47,811 bases of DNA, from assembly GCA_964541215.1 (NCBI GenBank), contig CAZIPP010000001.1:1451-49261 (forward strand), in the 5' to 3' direction. The stretch comes from an uncultured Oscillospiraceae bacterium. Its GTDB lineage: Bacteria; Bacillota; Clostridia; Oscillospirales; Oscillospiraceae. A program made the translations under genes and the position numbers. The first letter of the stretch is position 1; each line of letters starts with the position of its first letter. The notes below the pieces were generated by a model. That model did not search any database and had not been told where the DNA came from. It worked only from the letters and a program-made list of their open reading frames with translations. This document shows, in pieces, positions 34,535 to 45,087 of this stretch.

Positions 34535-35791
34535 ATGCTTTCATTTTTTGATTATTCACCAAGAACCCTTGAGATAGCACAACAGGCAGAATCACAGATA
34601 GTCAGCCGTTTTTCTGAAATCGACCAGATCTCAAGATATAATAGCGAGAAGGTCCTGTCTGCTTTTCAAAAGAACAAAGTATCCGAGGCTTGTTTTGCTG
34701 GTACCACCGGATATGGCTATGATGACATGGGACGCGAACGTCTCGGTCAGGTATGTGCCGATATTTTTCAGACAGAAGATGCTCTAATGCGTATAAACTT
34801 TGTTAACGGGACCCACACCATAGCCTGTGCTCTGTTTGGCGCACTCCGTCCGGGCGACACCCTTCTGTCTTTGGTAGGACCTCCCTATGATACTCTTTTG
34901 GGTGTTATAGGCGTTACCGGGAATTATCCGGGTTCCCTTAAAGATTATGGAATAAAGTACGACTACGTTCCCGTAACTGATTCAGGTCTCCCGAATTTTG
35001 CTGAAATAAAACGCCGCGTACCTGAAGCTAACACAGTTTTGATACAGCGTTCAAGAGGTTATTCTTCCAGAAAATCCCTTTCAGTTTCCGAGATCGGTGA
35101 AATAATAGACATTGTAAGAGCAGAAAATCCCAGTGCCAAAATACTGGTAGACAACTGTTACGGCGAATTTGTTGAGACTATTGAGCCGTCTCAGGTGGGC
35201 GCAGACCTCATCATTGGTTCCCTTATCAAAAATCCGGGTGGAGGTATTGCCCCCACCGGCGGATATATCGCCGGACGCCACGATCTGGTCGAAGCTGCAT
35301 CTATGCGTATGACAACTCCCGGCATCGGACGTGAATGCGGCGCTACACTCAATACCAACCGTCAACTGTATCAGGGACTGTTTCTGGCTCCCCACACAGT
35401 TGCTCAGGCTCTGAAGACCGCCGTTTTCTGCGCAAAAGCCATGGAACTGCTCAATTATAAGACCCTTCCATCTGCCGATGATCCAAGAGCCGACATTGTC
35501 CAGCTAATAGAATTCGGCAACCCTGACGCATTGGCAAAATTCTGCGCAGGTATCCAGAAGGGAGCACCGGTTGACAGCTATGTAACCCCCGAATTTTGGG
35601 ATATGCCCGGTTATGATGTTCCTGTTATAATGGCAGCAGGTGCTTTTATCCAGGGCGCTTCAATCGAACTTTCTGCCGATGGACCAAAAAGAGAACCTTA
35701 TGCGGCTTATATGCAGGGCGGACTTACATATGAGACCGGACGTACAGGTATTATGCTTGCAATAGAAGAGCTAATCAAAAGTCAGGAGTGA
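34535..35791 (+). CDS. Methionine gamma-lyase family / YnbB-like PLP enzyme ('aluminium resistance protein' family)
   Basis: N-terminus EKVLSAFQKNKVSEACFAGTTGYGYDDMGRE, and the length of 418 aa, are typical of the YnbB family. Confidence 0.8.
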   Translation: MLSFFDYSPRTLEIAQQAESQIVSRFSEIDQISRYNSEKVLSAFQKNKVSEACFAGTTGYGYDDMGRERLGQVCADIFQTEDALMRINFVNGTHTIACALFGALRPGDTLLSLVGPPYDTLLGVIGVTGNYPGSLKDYGIKYDYVPVTDSGLPNFAEIKRRVPEANTVLIQRSRGYSSRKSLSVSEIGEIIDIVRAENPSAKILVDNCYGEFVETIEPSQVGADLIIGSLIKNPGGGIAPTGGYIAGRHDLVEAASMRMTTPGIGRECGATLNTNRQLYQGLFLAPHTVAQALKTAVFCAKAMELLNYKTLPSADDPRADIVQLIEFGNPDALAKFCAGIQKGAPVDSYVTPEFWDMPGYDVPVIMAAGAFIQGASIELSADGPKREPYAAYMQGGLTYETGRTGIMLAIEELIKSQE

Positions 35792-35795
35792 GACT

Positions 35796-36521
35796 ATGCC
35801 GCTGTTTGGCAAAAAGAAAGAAAAAAACAGCAAAAAGGTGAACTGCTCAGTAATAATCTGCGCAGCCGGATCGTCCACAAGAATGGGAGAGGACAAGCTT
35901 ATGATCTCCCTTTGCGGCAAGCCTGTTATTGTTTGGACTCTTGAAGCTTTTCAGCATTGCGATAAAGTTGATGAAATAGTCCTCGTGACCCGAAGCGACT
36001 TGCTTGTTCAGCTGTCGGACATCTGCCGAAGCAATGATTTTTCGAAAGTGTCCAACATTGTTGTAGGTGGAGATCAGCGCCTAGACTCGGTTCTGGCAGG
36101 ACTGTCCGCGGTATCTTCAACCGCTGAGATAGTTGCTGTCCATGACGGAGCACGTCCTCTCGTAACTGAGCAGATAATTAAATCTGCCATAAAAACCGCA
36201 GTAAAATATGGTTCAGCTGTCCCTGCAATTCTTCCTAAAGACACCGTCAAAGAAGAAACAGACGGCAAGGTACATACAACTTACGATAGATCCAGGCTTC
36301 GCCTCGTACAAACACCTCAAGCATTTGCCAGAAACATCCTGTCTGCCGCTCTTACAAATGCAAAAGCAAAAGAGCTCAGCATAACAGATGATGCTCAGGC
36401 TGTTGAAGCTTTGGGGCTTCCTGTGTTTTTTACAGATGGCTCAGACGAGAACATCAAGCTGACGACCCCTGTTGATGTCCTTCTGGCTAAGGCAATTCTT
36501 GATAGGAGGAACTCCCCATGA
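35796..36521 (+). CDS. ispD: 2-C-methyl-D-erythritol 4-phosphate cytidylyltransferase (IspD)
   Basis: [17 protein letters not shown] and [10 protein letters not shown] motifs. The SD AGGAGTGAG spans the upstream stop. Confidence 0.93.
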   Translation: MPLFGKKKEKNSKKVNCSVIICAAGSSTRMGEDKLMISLCGKPVIVWTLEAFQHCDKVDEIVLVTRSDLLVQLSDICRSNDFSKVSNIVVGGDQRLDSVLAGLSAVSSTAEIVAVHDGARPLVTEQIIKSAIKTAVKYGSAVPAILPKDTVKEETDGKVHTTYDRSRLRLVQTPQAFARNILSAALTNAKAKELSITDDAQAVEALGLPVFFTDGSDENIKLTTPVDVLLAKAILDRRNSP

Positions 36522-36991
36522 GAATAGGACATGGTTATGACGTACACCGACTCGTGGAAGGAAGACAACTTGTCTTGGGAGGCGTAGTGATACCATACGA
36601 AAAAGGTCTGCTTGGTCATTCAGATGCAGACGTTTTGACTCATGCCTTGATGGACTCTATGCTTGGCGCAGCCGGTCTTGGAGATATAGGTCGTCACTTT
36701 CCCGATTCTTCAGCCGAATTCAAAGACATTTCAAGCTTGATACTCCTTCAAAAGTGTGTGGAGCTGTTGGATTCGTCCGGTTATCGACTCATTAACGCAG
36801 ACATTACTGTTATTGCTCAAGCACCGAAGTTGGCAAAGTACATTCCCCAAATGCTTGAAAATCTGGCGTTGGTCATCGGCTGCGAAAAAGAAGCTCTTAA
36901 CATCAAAGCTACCACCGAAGAAGGTCTTGGTTTTACCGGCATCGGCGAAGGCATTGCCTGCCACGCTGTATGCCTTATCGAAAACAGATAG
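36518..36991 (+). CDS. ispF: 2-C-methyl-D-erythritol 2,4-cyclodiphosphate synthase (IspF)
   Basis: [39 protein letters not shown] overlap with ispD. Confidence 0.95.
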   Translation: MRIGHGYDVHRLVEGRQLVLGGVVIPYEKGLLGHSDADVLTHALMDSMLGAAGLGDIGRHFPDSSAEFKDISSLILLQKCVELLDSSGYRLINADITVIAQAPKLAKYIPQMLENLALVIGCEKEALNIKATTEEGLGFTGIGEGIACHAVCLIENR

Positions 36992-36994
36992 CAA

Positions 36995-37028
36995 AAAAGC
37001 TGCAAAACCGAAGTTTTGCAGCTTTTTT
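36995..37028. terminator. Bidirectional intrinsic terminator (ispF on +, gshAB on -)
   Basis: A 14-bp stem, aaaagctgcaaaac (36995..37008) pairing with gttttgcagctttt (37013..37026), loop cgaa, with A and T runs on either side. Confidence 0.85.
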
Positions 37029-37031
37029 ATT

Positions 37032-39335
37032 TTAGAGCAGTCCATCAAACAGGAAACGTACAACAGTTTCGCCGATAGGTCTGCCTTGCCCTACTGAAGG
37101 ATAGCAATGCAGCTTGATGGATGGGTTGAAGTTAAGTTCAGGGATAGTATAGTTATCATCAGTCAATGGAGCTTTAATATCCCGAGCAACAATATCTACA
37201 CCACAGAAAACAGCGCCCACAGACTTTGCCGCCTCAAGGGCAAGTTCTTTGTATGAGGGATGCACCACATCTGTGCAGTCGATGGAATCGCCGCCGGTAG
37301 ACACGTTTGCATTGTTGCGCAGGTATACCACTTCGTCCTTTTCAGGTACAGTCATAAAGCTCATACCATGCATCTTTAGATGCAGTTCTTCCTCAGCGCC
37401 CATACCGATAAACCCAAGTGGTCTGGTATGTCCCTCACCTCTCAATGGATGATGACGTTTTTTGAGAATAAGCTCCTTAATCGTACTTACGCCATCGCCG
37501 GTAACAGATGCCGGCATTCGTTTGCTTACCGCCTGTACTTCATTGCCAATAACAAGGAAACGATAGTCCTCACCGTGGAAGTATTCCTCAATTATTATCT
37601 CACTACTGCGGCTGAAAGCCATATCCACTGCCGTCCTGTAGTCCTCGAGAGTAAAGCTGTCTTTAAAGATATTAATGCCTGAACCATAGTTGGAAAAGTT
37701 TGGCTTAATTACTATCTGTTTTCCCTGATAATAGTCAAAATCGCTATAAGCAGACTCCTTATCTTCATACAGCTTGCCTTCCGGAGCATTGATGCCATTT
37801 TCAGAAAGCAGCTTTTTACTCAAATGCTTATTTCGCATCAGCAAAATGCTGGCACAGTTATCTTTAGACGTTTTGGTCGCCTGCTTGACATACTCGGTAT
37901 GTCCTTCTCTGGTAAGACGGATAAAGTTATCTTTTCTGTCCAGCACCTCATAGGTAACACCAAGCTTCAGGCACGCTTTGATAAGAGCCTGAGTGGACAA
38001 CTCCATATCCTCAAACCCCTTGAGCAGATAATACTTTTCGTTGGAAAGTTTAAGGGCGTGAAGTGCTCGATTGATACCAAACTGAACATAGCCTTCCTTC
38101 TTTATTCCCTCGTAAACAATGTGAGAATAAAGCTTATTCTGGTCGAGTACACGCTGCTCTGCTTCATCCAGGCATTTCAGCGCTCCATCATGTTCCATAA
38201 GAACAAAGAATTCACGCATCTGTCCAATAAACTCCAAAGTAGCTTCTCGAATGGTCTGAGTCTTACCGTTCAAAGTTATGTAGGCAGAATCCAGATCGTA
38301 AGCAGACGATGACAAATGGTTTTTAAAGCTGAGCTCCTGCAGCTCTTCTGTGTAATCGAAGTCGGGAAGAGTTGACAAATAGATAAGAAAATACTCGATC
38401 AGCTTCATATCAGCCTTAGCCATGCCATTTTTATCTAGCGGATTCAGATCGAACATACGAAGCTCAATATGATTAACACCACCGTCACGGAGGTTTTTCA
38501 TCAGATACTTGCCCTTCGGCTTGATTCGAACAGGCGTATAGAACTCGGCTGATGAATAAAGCTTACCGGCCTGAACAAGGTCTATCACACTGTCTATATA
38601 CGAATCAAGGCTTGCATAATCCAGATAAAGCTGTTCCTTATTCCAATAGCCATATTTGCTGTTGCGCATCGAGCTATAACCGAGGAACCTTCCTCCTCCC
38701 ACTTCTTCGCCTTCATCCATGAAAGTCCCGTGAAATACCGGGCTTGCAGCAGTCATGACCACAGGGAACCATGAATATATATAGCAGTTTTTAGCAAGCC
38801 GCATATACATCTCGGACTTAAGGAATTTGATATCATCTGTCCTTCCAAGTTCCTGATGCAGTCTGTCGATAAGCTTGAGGTTGAAAGAATAATTGAAATG
38901 AATACCGGAGTACAGCATGATCTCTTTGCCGTATTTTTCAGCAAGATATTCCCTGTATCGGTGTTTTTCAATGTTCTCATCATCATATTCTGCTATAGGT
39001 ATTTCATCACCCGAATTAAAAAGCGGCGGATTGCTTATCGGCCACAGGAACTCAGGTTCCTGATACTCAACAGCAATAGTGGTAGTAACGATATCATGAA
39101 GATTCTCCAATTGATCGTATACCTCATCCGGATTGTTGCACACAATGGTGCCGATCTCAACCTGGCTTTCGGAAAAATCGGTAATTATATATGGATGTTT
39201 AGCCTTATTGCCAAAGGGGTGTGGCGTAAGGGTCATATATCCATCACGATGGACTCGTATATTTTCCTTTTCAAGTCCAATATTACCATCAAAAAGCAGT
39301 TCCTTTATGTCTGGCTTCTTCAGTAGTTCGAGCAT
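37032..39335 (-). CDS. gshAB: Bifunctional glutamate--cysteine ligase / glutathione synthetase (GshAB/GshF)
   Basis: 767 aa. The N-terminal gamma-GCL region (GLEKENIRV...) is fused to a C-terminal ATP-grasp domain (IVIKPNFSNYGSGI ... ELNFNPS). The SD GAGGT lies 6 nt upstream, directly after the stop of the ClpE-like gene. Confidence 0.88.
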   Translation of the reverse strand: MLELLKKPDIKELLFDGNIGLEKENIRVHRDGYMTLTPHPFGNKAKHPYIITDFSESQVEIGTIVCNNPDEVYDQLENLHDIVTTTIAVEYQEPEFLWPISNPPLFNSGDEIPIAEYDDENIEKHRYREYLAEKYGKEIMLYSGIHFNYSFNLKLIDRLHQELGRTDDIKFLKSEMYMRLAKNCYIYSWFPVVMTAASPVFHGTFMDEGEEVGGGRFLGYSSMRNSKYGYWNKEQLYLDYASLDSYIDSVIDLVQAGKLYSSAEFYTPVRIKPKGKYLMKNLRDGGVNHIELRMFDLNPLDKNGMAKADMKLIEYFLIYLSTLPDFDYTEELQELSFKNHLSSSAYDLDSAYITLNGKTQTIREATLEFIGQMREFFVLMEHDGALKCLDEAEQRVLDQNKLYSHIVYEGIKKEGYVQFGINRALHALKLSNEKYYLLKGFEDMELSTQALIKACLKLGVTYEVLDRKDNFIRLTREGHTEYVKQATKTSKDNCASILLMRNKHLSKKLLSENGINAPEGKLYEDKESAYSDFDYYQGKQIVIKPNFSNYGSGINIFKDSFTLEDYRTAVDMAFSRSSEIIIEEYFHGEDYRFLVIGNEVQAVSKRMPASVTGDGVSTIKELILKKRHHPLRGEGHTRPLGFIGMGAEEELHLKMHGMSFMTVPEKDEVVYLRNNANVSTGGDSIDCTDVVHPSYKELALEAAKSVGAVFCGVDIVARDIKAPLTDDNYTIPELNFNPSIKLHCYPSVGQGRPIGETVVRFLFDGLL

Positions 39336-39348
39336 ACTCTAACCTCGT

Positions 39349-41646
39349 TTACATGGAAATAACGCTCAACTGCTCTTCAGAAACGGTGAGCTTTATCAGG
39401 CTTATCTCGCTTTCATAACTGTCTATCAAAATAGCAGCTATGCGGTCTTCAACTTCTTTCTGGATCAGACGGCGAAGATTTCTCGCACCATAGGTCTGAG
39501 AGAAAGACTTGGCTGTAAGCCAAGATACAGCCGCGCTATCCCAGCTAAGATTTATCTCTTTTTCCTTCATGGTTTCAGCAAGTTCATTCAGCATGATAAC
39601 CGTTATCCTGGCAAAGTCATCTTCGCTAAGTTTGTTGAACGCAACAATTTCATCCACACGGTTTATGAATTCGGGTCGCAGGAAATCATTAAGCGCCTTC
39701 ATGGCCTTTTCTTTGCTCTGTTCACTGACAGAACGGTTGAAGCCAACGGTTCCGTCCTTCTTGTCGCTGCCGGCATTGGAGGTCATGATGATAACAGTGT
39801 TTTCAAAGTTGACCGTTCTGCCGTGGGCATCGGTGATGCGCCCGTCGTCAAGGATCTGAAGCAAAATGTTCAATACGTCTGCATGAGCCTTTTCAATTTC
39901 ATCAAACAGGATAACCGCGTAAGGCTTGCGGCGGATCTTTTCAGTAAGCTGACCTGCTTCATCGTATCCGACATATCCGGGAGGAGAACCGATAATTTTG
40001 GAAACAGAATGCTTCTCCATATACTCAGACATATCCAGTCTGATAAGTGAATCTGTTGAATCAAACAGATCTTCCGCAAGGCACTTTACCAGCTCAGTCT
40101 TACCAACACCGGTGGAGCCAACAAAAATGAAGGATACCGGACGCCGTTTCGCGGAAATACCTACACGGCTTCTGCGAATAGCCGCGGATACAGTATCAAC
40201 AGCTTCATCCTGACCAATTATGCGTTGCTTGAGACGCTGGTCAAGACCTTTCAGTCTTCCGTATTCAGATGTGTTTATCTTACTGGCAGGTATCTTTGTC
40301 CAAAGCTCAATGACATTGGCAAGGTTTTCCACAGTCAGCTCCGGAACACCTTCTGCCTCCAGCTGTTCGATCCGCTCCTGAGTCTGCATCTCACAGCTTT
40401 TCAGATGTGCCAGACGTTCATAATCAATATTGGCAGTATCAGCAAGAATATGCTCACGTTCAAAGTTGATATCGTCCAGCTCTTTTCTTGCCTTCGACAG
40501 GTTTTCTATCACCTTACTGCGAAGGTTTACATCTGAGCAGGCTTCATCAATAAGGTCAATAGCTTTGTCAGGCAGGAATCTGTCGGTAATGTAACGTTCA
40601 GAAAGTACAACAGCCTGACGAGCTACTTTTTCGCTTATCTTAACACCGTGGAAGCTTTCGTAATAATGAGCAATACCTTCTATGATCTTAACAGTCTCTT
40701 CAATCGAAGGTTCATTTACGGTAACAGGCTGGAATCTGCGTTCAAGGGCAGAGTCCTTTTCGATATGCTTACGGTATTCGGTAAATGTAGTGGCACCAAT
40801 AACCTGTATCTCACCTCTGGACAAAGCCGGTTTGAGAATATTTGCAGCGTTCATGGAGCCTTCCGCGTCACCTGCACCAACAAGATTGTGAACCTCATCG
40901 ATAACAAGGATAATATTTCCGAATTTTTTGATTTCCTCTATAAGTCCCTTCATTCGGCTTTCAAACTGACCACGGAACTGAGTACCTGCTACAAGAGATG
41001 TCAGATCAAGAAGATAAACCTCTTTGCTTTGCAGCTTATATGGCACGTTGCCCTGCGCGATCTTTATGGCAAGACCTTCGGCTATGGCAGTTTTACCAAC
41101 ACCGGGTTCACCGATAAGGCAGGGATTATTTTTCTGACGACGGTTGAGTATCTGGATGACACGCAGTGTCTCCTCTTCCCTGCCGACTATATTATCCAGC
41201 TTTCCCTGCCTGGCTCTGTCGGTCAGGCAGATGCAGTAATTGTCAAGATATTTTTTCTTCTTGTCGCTCTTATCGTTCTTATCGTTTTTTTCACGGCTCT
41301 GCTGCTGATTCTGGCGAGGCTGAGCAACAGCATCGGAATCGGCGCCAAAGAGCTTGTTCAAAAACGGAAAAGTGGCTGTCTTGCCTTCTTCAAAATCGGC
41401 ATCACCGTCTTCTATTTGTTCCAGACCTTCAATGCCGCCAAAGGCTTCCATCATTTCGTTTGTAAGACCGTCAAGCTCATCTTCTGACAACCCCATTTTT
41501 TGAATCATATCATCAACAGGCTTTATACCCAGTTCTCTGGCGCACTTGATGCACAGACCCTCGTTTATACTTTTACCGTTTTCGATTCTGGATATAAATA
41601 CCACGGCTACATTCTTTTTGCATCTTGAACAGACAGTAGGATTCAT
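39349..41646 (-). CDS. clpE: ClpE-like two-domain AAA+ Clp ATPase with an N-terminal C4 zinc ribbon
   Basis: N-terminal CSRC-x21-CIKC zinc ribbon, with no Clp_N repeat. D1 has [15 protein letters not shown] and D2 has [15 protein letters not shown]. Putative ClpP-docking tripeptide GTVGFN. Length 765 aa. Confidence 0.82.
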   Translation of the reverse strand: MNPTVCSRCKKNVAVVFISRIENGKSINEGLCIKCARELGIKPVDDMIQKMGLSEDELDGLTNEMMEAFGGIEGLEQIEDGDADFEEGKTATFPFLNKLFGADSDAVAQPRQNQQQSREKNDKNDKSDKKKKYLDNYCICLTDRARQGKLDNIVGREEETLRVIQILNRRQKNNPCLIGEPGVGKTAIAEGLAIKIAQGNVPYKLQSKEVYLLDLTSLVAGTQFRGQFESRMKGLIEEIKKFGNIILVIDEVHNLVGAGDAEGSMNAANILKPALSRGEIQVIGATTFTEYRKHIEKDSALERRFQPVTVNEPSIEETVKIIEGIAHYYESFHGVKISEKVARQAVVLSERYITDRFLPDKAIDLIDEACSDVNLRSKVIENLSKARKELDDINFEREHILADTANIDYERLAHLKSCEMQTQERIEQLEAEGVPELTVENLANVIELWTKIPASKINTSEYGRLKGLDQRLKQRIIGQDEAVDTVSAAIRRSRVGISAKRRPVSFIFVGSTGVGKTELVKCLAEDLFDSTDSLIRLDMSEYMEKHSVSKIIGSPPGYVGYDEAGQLTEKIRRKPYAVILFDEIEKAHADVLNILLQILDDGRITDAHGRTVNFENTVIIMTSNAGSDKKDGTVGFNRSVSEQSKEKAMKALNDFLRPEFINRVDEIVAFNKLSEDDFARITVIMLNELAETMKEKEINLSWDSAAVSWLTAKSFSQTYGARNLRRLIQKEVEDRIAAILIDSYESEISLIKLTVSEEQLSVISM

Positions 41647-41744
41647 TTTTTGGCAATTCCTTTCTTGCTTTGAAGAGTAATATGCAGTTTGTCAGCAACA
41701 ACATCAACTCGATAAGCGCAAAAATATACACACTCAATTCTTAA

Positions 41745-42287
41745 TCAGGCATCTGCCGATTTTTTCCTGATCATAGGTAGGGAAAGTTTCAGATAATGGA
41801 AAAGCGCTATCAGCGAAATGACAGTGGGAACAAGTATCATAATGGTAGCAACATAATGAGGTATTCCATGGAACACCATCAACAATACGGACACAGCAAA
41901 GAAACACGCGGTAGCCGCCTTCCCGAACTTATCAGACGGTATGACATCATCAAGCTTTTTGTACATGACCAGTGCGCCAATACCCATAAAGCATTCTTTT
42001 ACAAAGAATATCACCACAGCCCAAATCGGGATAATGCCATCGATCATAATACAAACAAGCACAGTAAACGCCATCAGTTTATCTGCAAGCGGGTCAAGAA
42101 CTCTTCCCAGTTTAGTTATCTGGTTGAATCGTCTTGCTATCATTCCGTCAAGCACATCAGTCAGACACGCAATTGCATAGACAAAAGCTGCAAACGCATA
42201 AGAATCACTTTCTCCGGAAAAGAAAACGATCACAAAAACAGGAACAAGCAGCAGCCGAAATACTGACAGAATATTAGGAATACTCAT
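41745..42287 (-). CDS. pgsA: CDP-diacylglycerol--glycerol-3-phosphate 3-phosphatidyltransferase
   Basis: CDP-alcohol phosphatidyltransferase motif DVLDGMIARRFNQITKLGRVLDPLADK. 180 aa, multi-TM. Confidence 0.9.
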   Translation of the reverse strand: MSIPNILSVFRLLLVPVFVIVFFSGESDSYAFAAFVYAIACLTDVLDGMIARRFNQITKLGRVLDPLADKLMAFTVLVCIMIDGIIPIWAVVIFFVKECFMGIGALVMYKKLDDVIPSDKFGKAATACFFAVSVLLMVFHGIPHYVATIMILVPTVISLIALFHYLKLSLPMIRKKSADA

Positions 42288-42341
42288 TAAGTTCGCCTCG
42301 ATTCAAAATAGATGGTTCAGCAAGAACCAAAACTTACACTT

Positions 42342-43538
42342 TTACGGAATATAAAGCTTAACGCAGTCGTTAAACACAATAAATGCAGTTCCGTCTTTCT
42401 GCATAAATACCTTCTTTGATCCGGCAACATCAGAGACCGCCAATCTCGGACTCATATTGTTATCATATATATTCAGTTGTCCGGAAGTCAACGCGCCAAC
42501 ATAATCTCCCTCATAAGAAACCGAAATCAGTTCTACATTAGAGTCAATGCTTCCAAGCAATGTACCATCCTTTGCAACAGTAACAAGTGAGCATCTGGTA
42601 CCTACAGAGTTTTTATTCAGCACAAGAGCTGCATTTCCGTTGGAGGATATATCAAACCCGCCAAGGTAGTTTGAAGAATAGTCATACGACGTGGAAGTGC
42701 CGTCTTCATTAATAAAAAACACACTTTCCTCGCAGATAACACACATCTCATTATTGGAAATATACTCAAAATGCAAAGCCGTTTGATCTTCCAGACGATA
42801 GGAAGCATATAGTTCTTCGGAATCCAGACGGTATGTCAGCAATTCTGTAACAAATACTGAGTCATCTATTCTCATTGAAACGGCGGTCACACTGTGACCA
42901 TCCGGAGCAGCGGAGGCGGAGATAATGTAGGCGTCGGCTGAGTAAAACATATATCTCGCATTCAAACTCCGGTCATATACGGTAACCAGCGCCTTATAAC
43001 CATTTTCCTCTGTGGTCAGAGTTATCCAGTCTCCACTGATAGATGCATCTATAACAGGATAGTCGGTTTCAACTGTTTTGAGAACGCTTTCCTTGTCAAA
43101 CACCAGCAAAGTATTTCCGCCTATATCATAAACTATTCCCAACTCATTGCCGGTTTTTACCACAGGGCTGCTCATAAGCTCAGAGTGAGAAAATACCTGC
43201 TGACCATTTACTGAATACAATTTTACACCGCCGGCATCTGCAACGACAAAACTTCCGTTCAAATTGCCATAGCTATTCCTCGCATCAGAAGAAATGGTGA
43301 TATCCGAAATCGAACCATCCTCATCTTTTGCGGATGAAAAGTAAGTAAATACTCTTGTGATCCCATCGGTATTGATATCATCAGCAAATACAAAAAAGGC
43401 AATACCGATAAGCGCAAGCACTATCAGTATAACAGCGTATTTTATTTTCTTCTTATCGGAAACAATATCTTTATTAAATTCAATGACTTTACTTTTGCTG
43501 TCCTGCTTGCTTTTATTCAATACAGGCACCATCCTCAT
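42342..43538 (-). CDS. Hypothetical membrane-anchored protein (N-terminal TM plus a beta-rich extracytoplasmic domain)
   Basis: 398-aa ORF. TM segment YAVILIVLALIGIAFFVF follows a Lys-rich cytoplasmic head. No family recognised with certainty. The start codon lies within the truA 3' end. Confidence 0.65.
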   Translation of the reverse strand: MRMVPVLNKSKQDSKSKVIEFNKDIVSDKKKIKYAVILIVLALIGIAFFVFADDINTDGITRVFTYFSSAKDEDGSISDITISSDARNSYGNLNGSFVVADAGGVKLYSVNGQQVFSHSELMSSPVVKTGNELGIVYDIGGNTLLVFDKESVLKTVETDYPVIDASISGDWITLTTEENGYKALVTVYDRSLNARYMFYSADAYIISASAAPDGHSVTAVSMRIDDSVFVTELLTYRLDSEELYASYRLEDQTALHFEYISNNEMCVICEESVFFINEDGTSTSYDYSSNYLGGFDISSNGNAALVLNKNSVGTRCSLVTVAKDGTLLGSIDSNVELISVSYEGDYVGALTSGQLNIYDNNMSPRLAVSDVAGSKKVFMQKDGTAFIVFNDCVKLYIP

Positions 43539-44271
43539 TATACCATAATTTTGTCAGATACAGACCACCGGGAGGAACTGTAGGTCCTGCAAGGGTTCGG
43601 TCTCCTTTTTCCAGTATGGAGCCTATCTCATGGGGCTTGATCTTTCCTTCGGAAACATATACAAGCGTTCCTGCCATCGCACGAGCCATATTGTATAGAA
43701 AACCATTGGCGCACACCTTAAGCTCAACCATATCGCCATCACGGCGAACATTATAGTAATGCACGGTGCGAACAGTAGTTTTAGTTTCCGTACCAACTGA
43801 TCTGACTGCCTTAAAATCATGGGTACCCACAAATTGTTCTGCAGCCTCAGCCATAAGCTCTTCATTAAGCTTTGAAGGATAGAACCATGCGCGATTGACA
43901 TAGAACGGGTCTTTGATGCGAGAATTATAAATAAGATAGGTGTATTCCTTTTTAACGCAGGAGCCAATAGCATTGAAACTATCAGGCACTTCATACGCAG
44001 CAAGAACAGAAATATCATCAGGCAAATGCGTGTTAAGCGCATAAGGCAGCCTGTCTGTGGGTATACGGGCATCGGTACGAAAGTTTGCAATATATGTTTT
44101 GGCATGAACCCCCGCATCGGTGCGTCCACAGCCGGTAACAGAAACGTTGGTTTTAAGTATCATTGCCAACGCTCGCTGCAGCGTTCCGCAGACAGTAACG
44201 TCATTTTTCTGTACCTGCCATCCATGATAACGAGTTCCCTCGTACATAAGCTTTAGGGCAATATTACGCAT
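43513..44271 (-). CDS. truA: tRNA pseudouridine(38-40) synthase
   Basis: GWQVQ and the catalytic GRTDAGVHA motif. 252 aa. In the classic position after ecfT. Confidence 0.95.
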   Translation of the reverse strand: MRNIALKLMYEGTRYHGWQVQKNDVTVCGTLQRALAMILKTNVSVTGCGRTDAGVHAKTYIANFRTDARIPTDRLPYALNTHLPDDISVLAAYEVPDSFNAIGSCVKKEYTYLIYNSRIKDPFYVNRAWFYPSKLNEELMAEAAEQFVGTHDFKAVRSVGTETKTTVRTVHYYNVRRDGDMVELKVCANGFLYNMARAMAGTLVYVSEGKIKPHEIGSILEKGDRTLAGPTVPPGGLYLTKLWYNEDGACIE

Positions 44272-44283
44272 ATCAAGAATTCC

Positions 44284-45087
44284 TTACAGTCCAAATACTT
44301 TCAATACGATTACAGCAGCAAGCAAAGCAGCCACCAAAAGCAGAGCAAGCCAATCATTGGCAGCAAATTTCAGTATCCTCATTCGAGTTCTTCCTTCGCC
44401 ACCGTGGTAACAGCGACATTCCATTGCCACGGCCAGTTCATCGGCACGCCGGAAGGAGCTTATAAACAGCGGTACAAGTATTGGAATGAGCGCCTTGGCT
44501 CTCTGCATGATATTTCCGCTTTCAAAATCAGCGCCTCTCGCCTTTTGTGCGCTGATGATTTTATCTGTTTCTTCAATAAGTGTGGGAATAAACCTGAGCG
44601 CAATACTCATCATCATCGCAAGCTCATGAACCGGCACCTTTATCTTCTTCAGCGGATTCAGAAGTAATTCAAGACCGTCAGTAAGCATGATGGGTGATGT
44701 GGTATAGGTAAGCATAAATGTGCCTGTTATAAGCATAGAAATGCGCAGAACCATTTTAATTGCGTTAAACACGCCTTCTTTGGTAATGGTTATACGCCAA
44801 AAGCTTACCAGCGCTTCACCGGGAGTATAAAACATATTAAGCACAGCAGTCAAAATTATGATTATGACCAACGGCTTAAGGCTCTTTACGATAGTCTTAA
44901 GAGGTATCTTTGCAACTTTCAGGCATAAAAGCAAAAACACAAGCACCAAGGCATAAGACACTAGCCATTGAGCCGTGAACAGCATAACGATAAACAATAC
45001 TGTTGCAATCAGCTTGGTTCTGGGATCAAGTCTGTGGATAAAAGTGTTTCCCGGGAAATACTGACCAAGCGTGACATCTTTAAGCAT
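44284..45087 (-). CDS. ecfT: Energy-coupling factor transporter transmembrane component
   Basis: CbiQ/EcfT topology with the coupling-helix Ala-Arg-Gly motif (QKARGADF) and a second AMECRCY region. Overlaps ecfA2 by 8 nt. Confidence 0.9.
   Translation of the reverse strand: MLKDVTLGQYFPGNTFIHRLDPRTKLIATVLFIVMLFTAQWLVSYALVLVFLLLCLKVAKIPLKTIVKSLKPLVIIIILTAVLNMFYTPGEALVSFWRITITKEGVFNAIKMVLRISMLITGTFMLTYTTSPIMLTDGLELLLNPLKKIKVPVHELAMMMSIALRFIPTLIEETDKIISAQKARGADFESGNIMQRAKALIPILVPLFISSFRRADELAVAMECRCYHGGEGRTRMRILKFAANDWLALLLVAALLAAVIVLKVFGL

Noticed and set aside
40648-41487. 279-aa + strand ORF
   Set aside because: It is antisense to the D1 AAA+ domain of the ClpE-like gene. Shadow ORF.
41647-41744. 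CtsR operator upstream of the ClpE-like gene
   Set aside because: No GGTCAAA-type heptad direct repeat occurs on either strand. Only a lone TGACAAA was seen.
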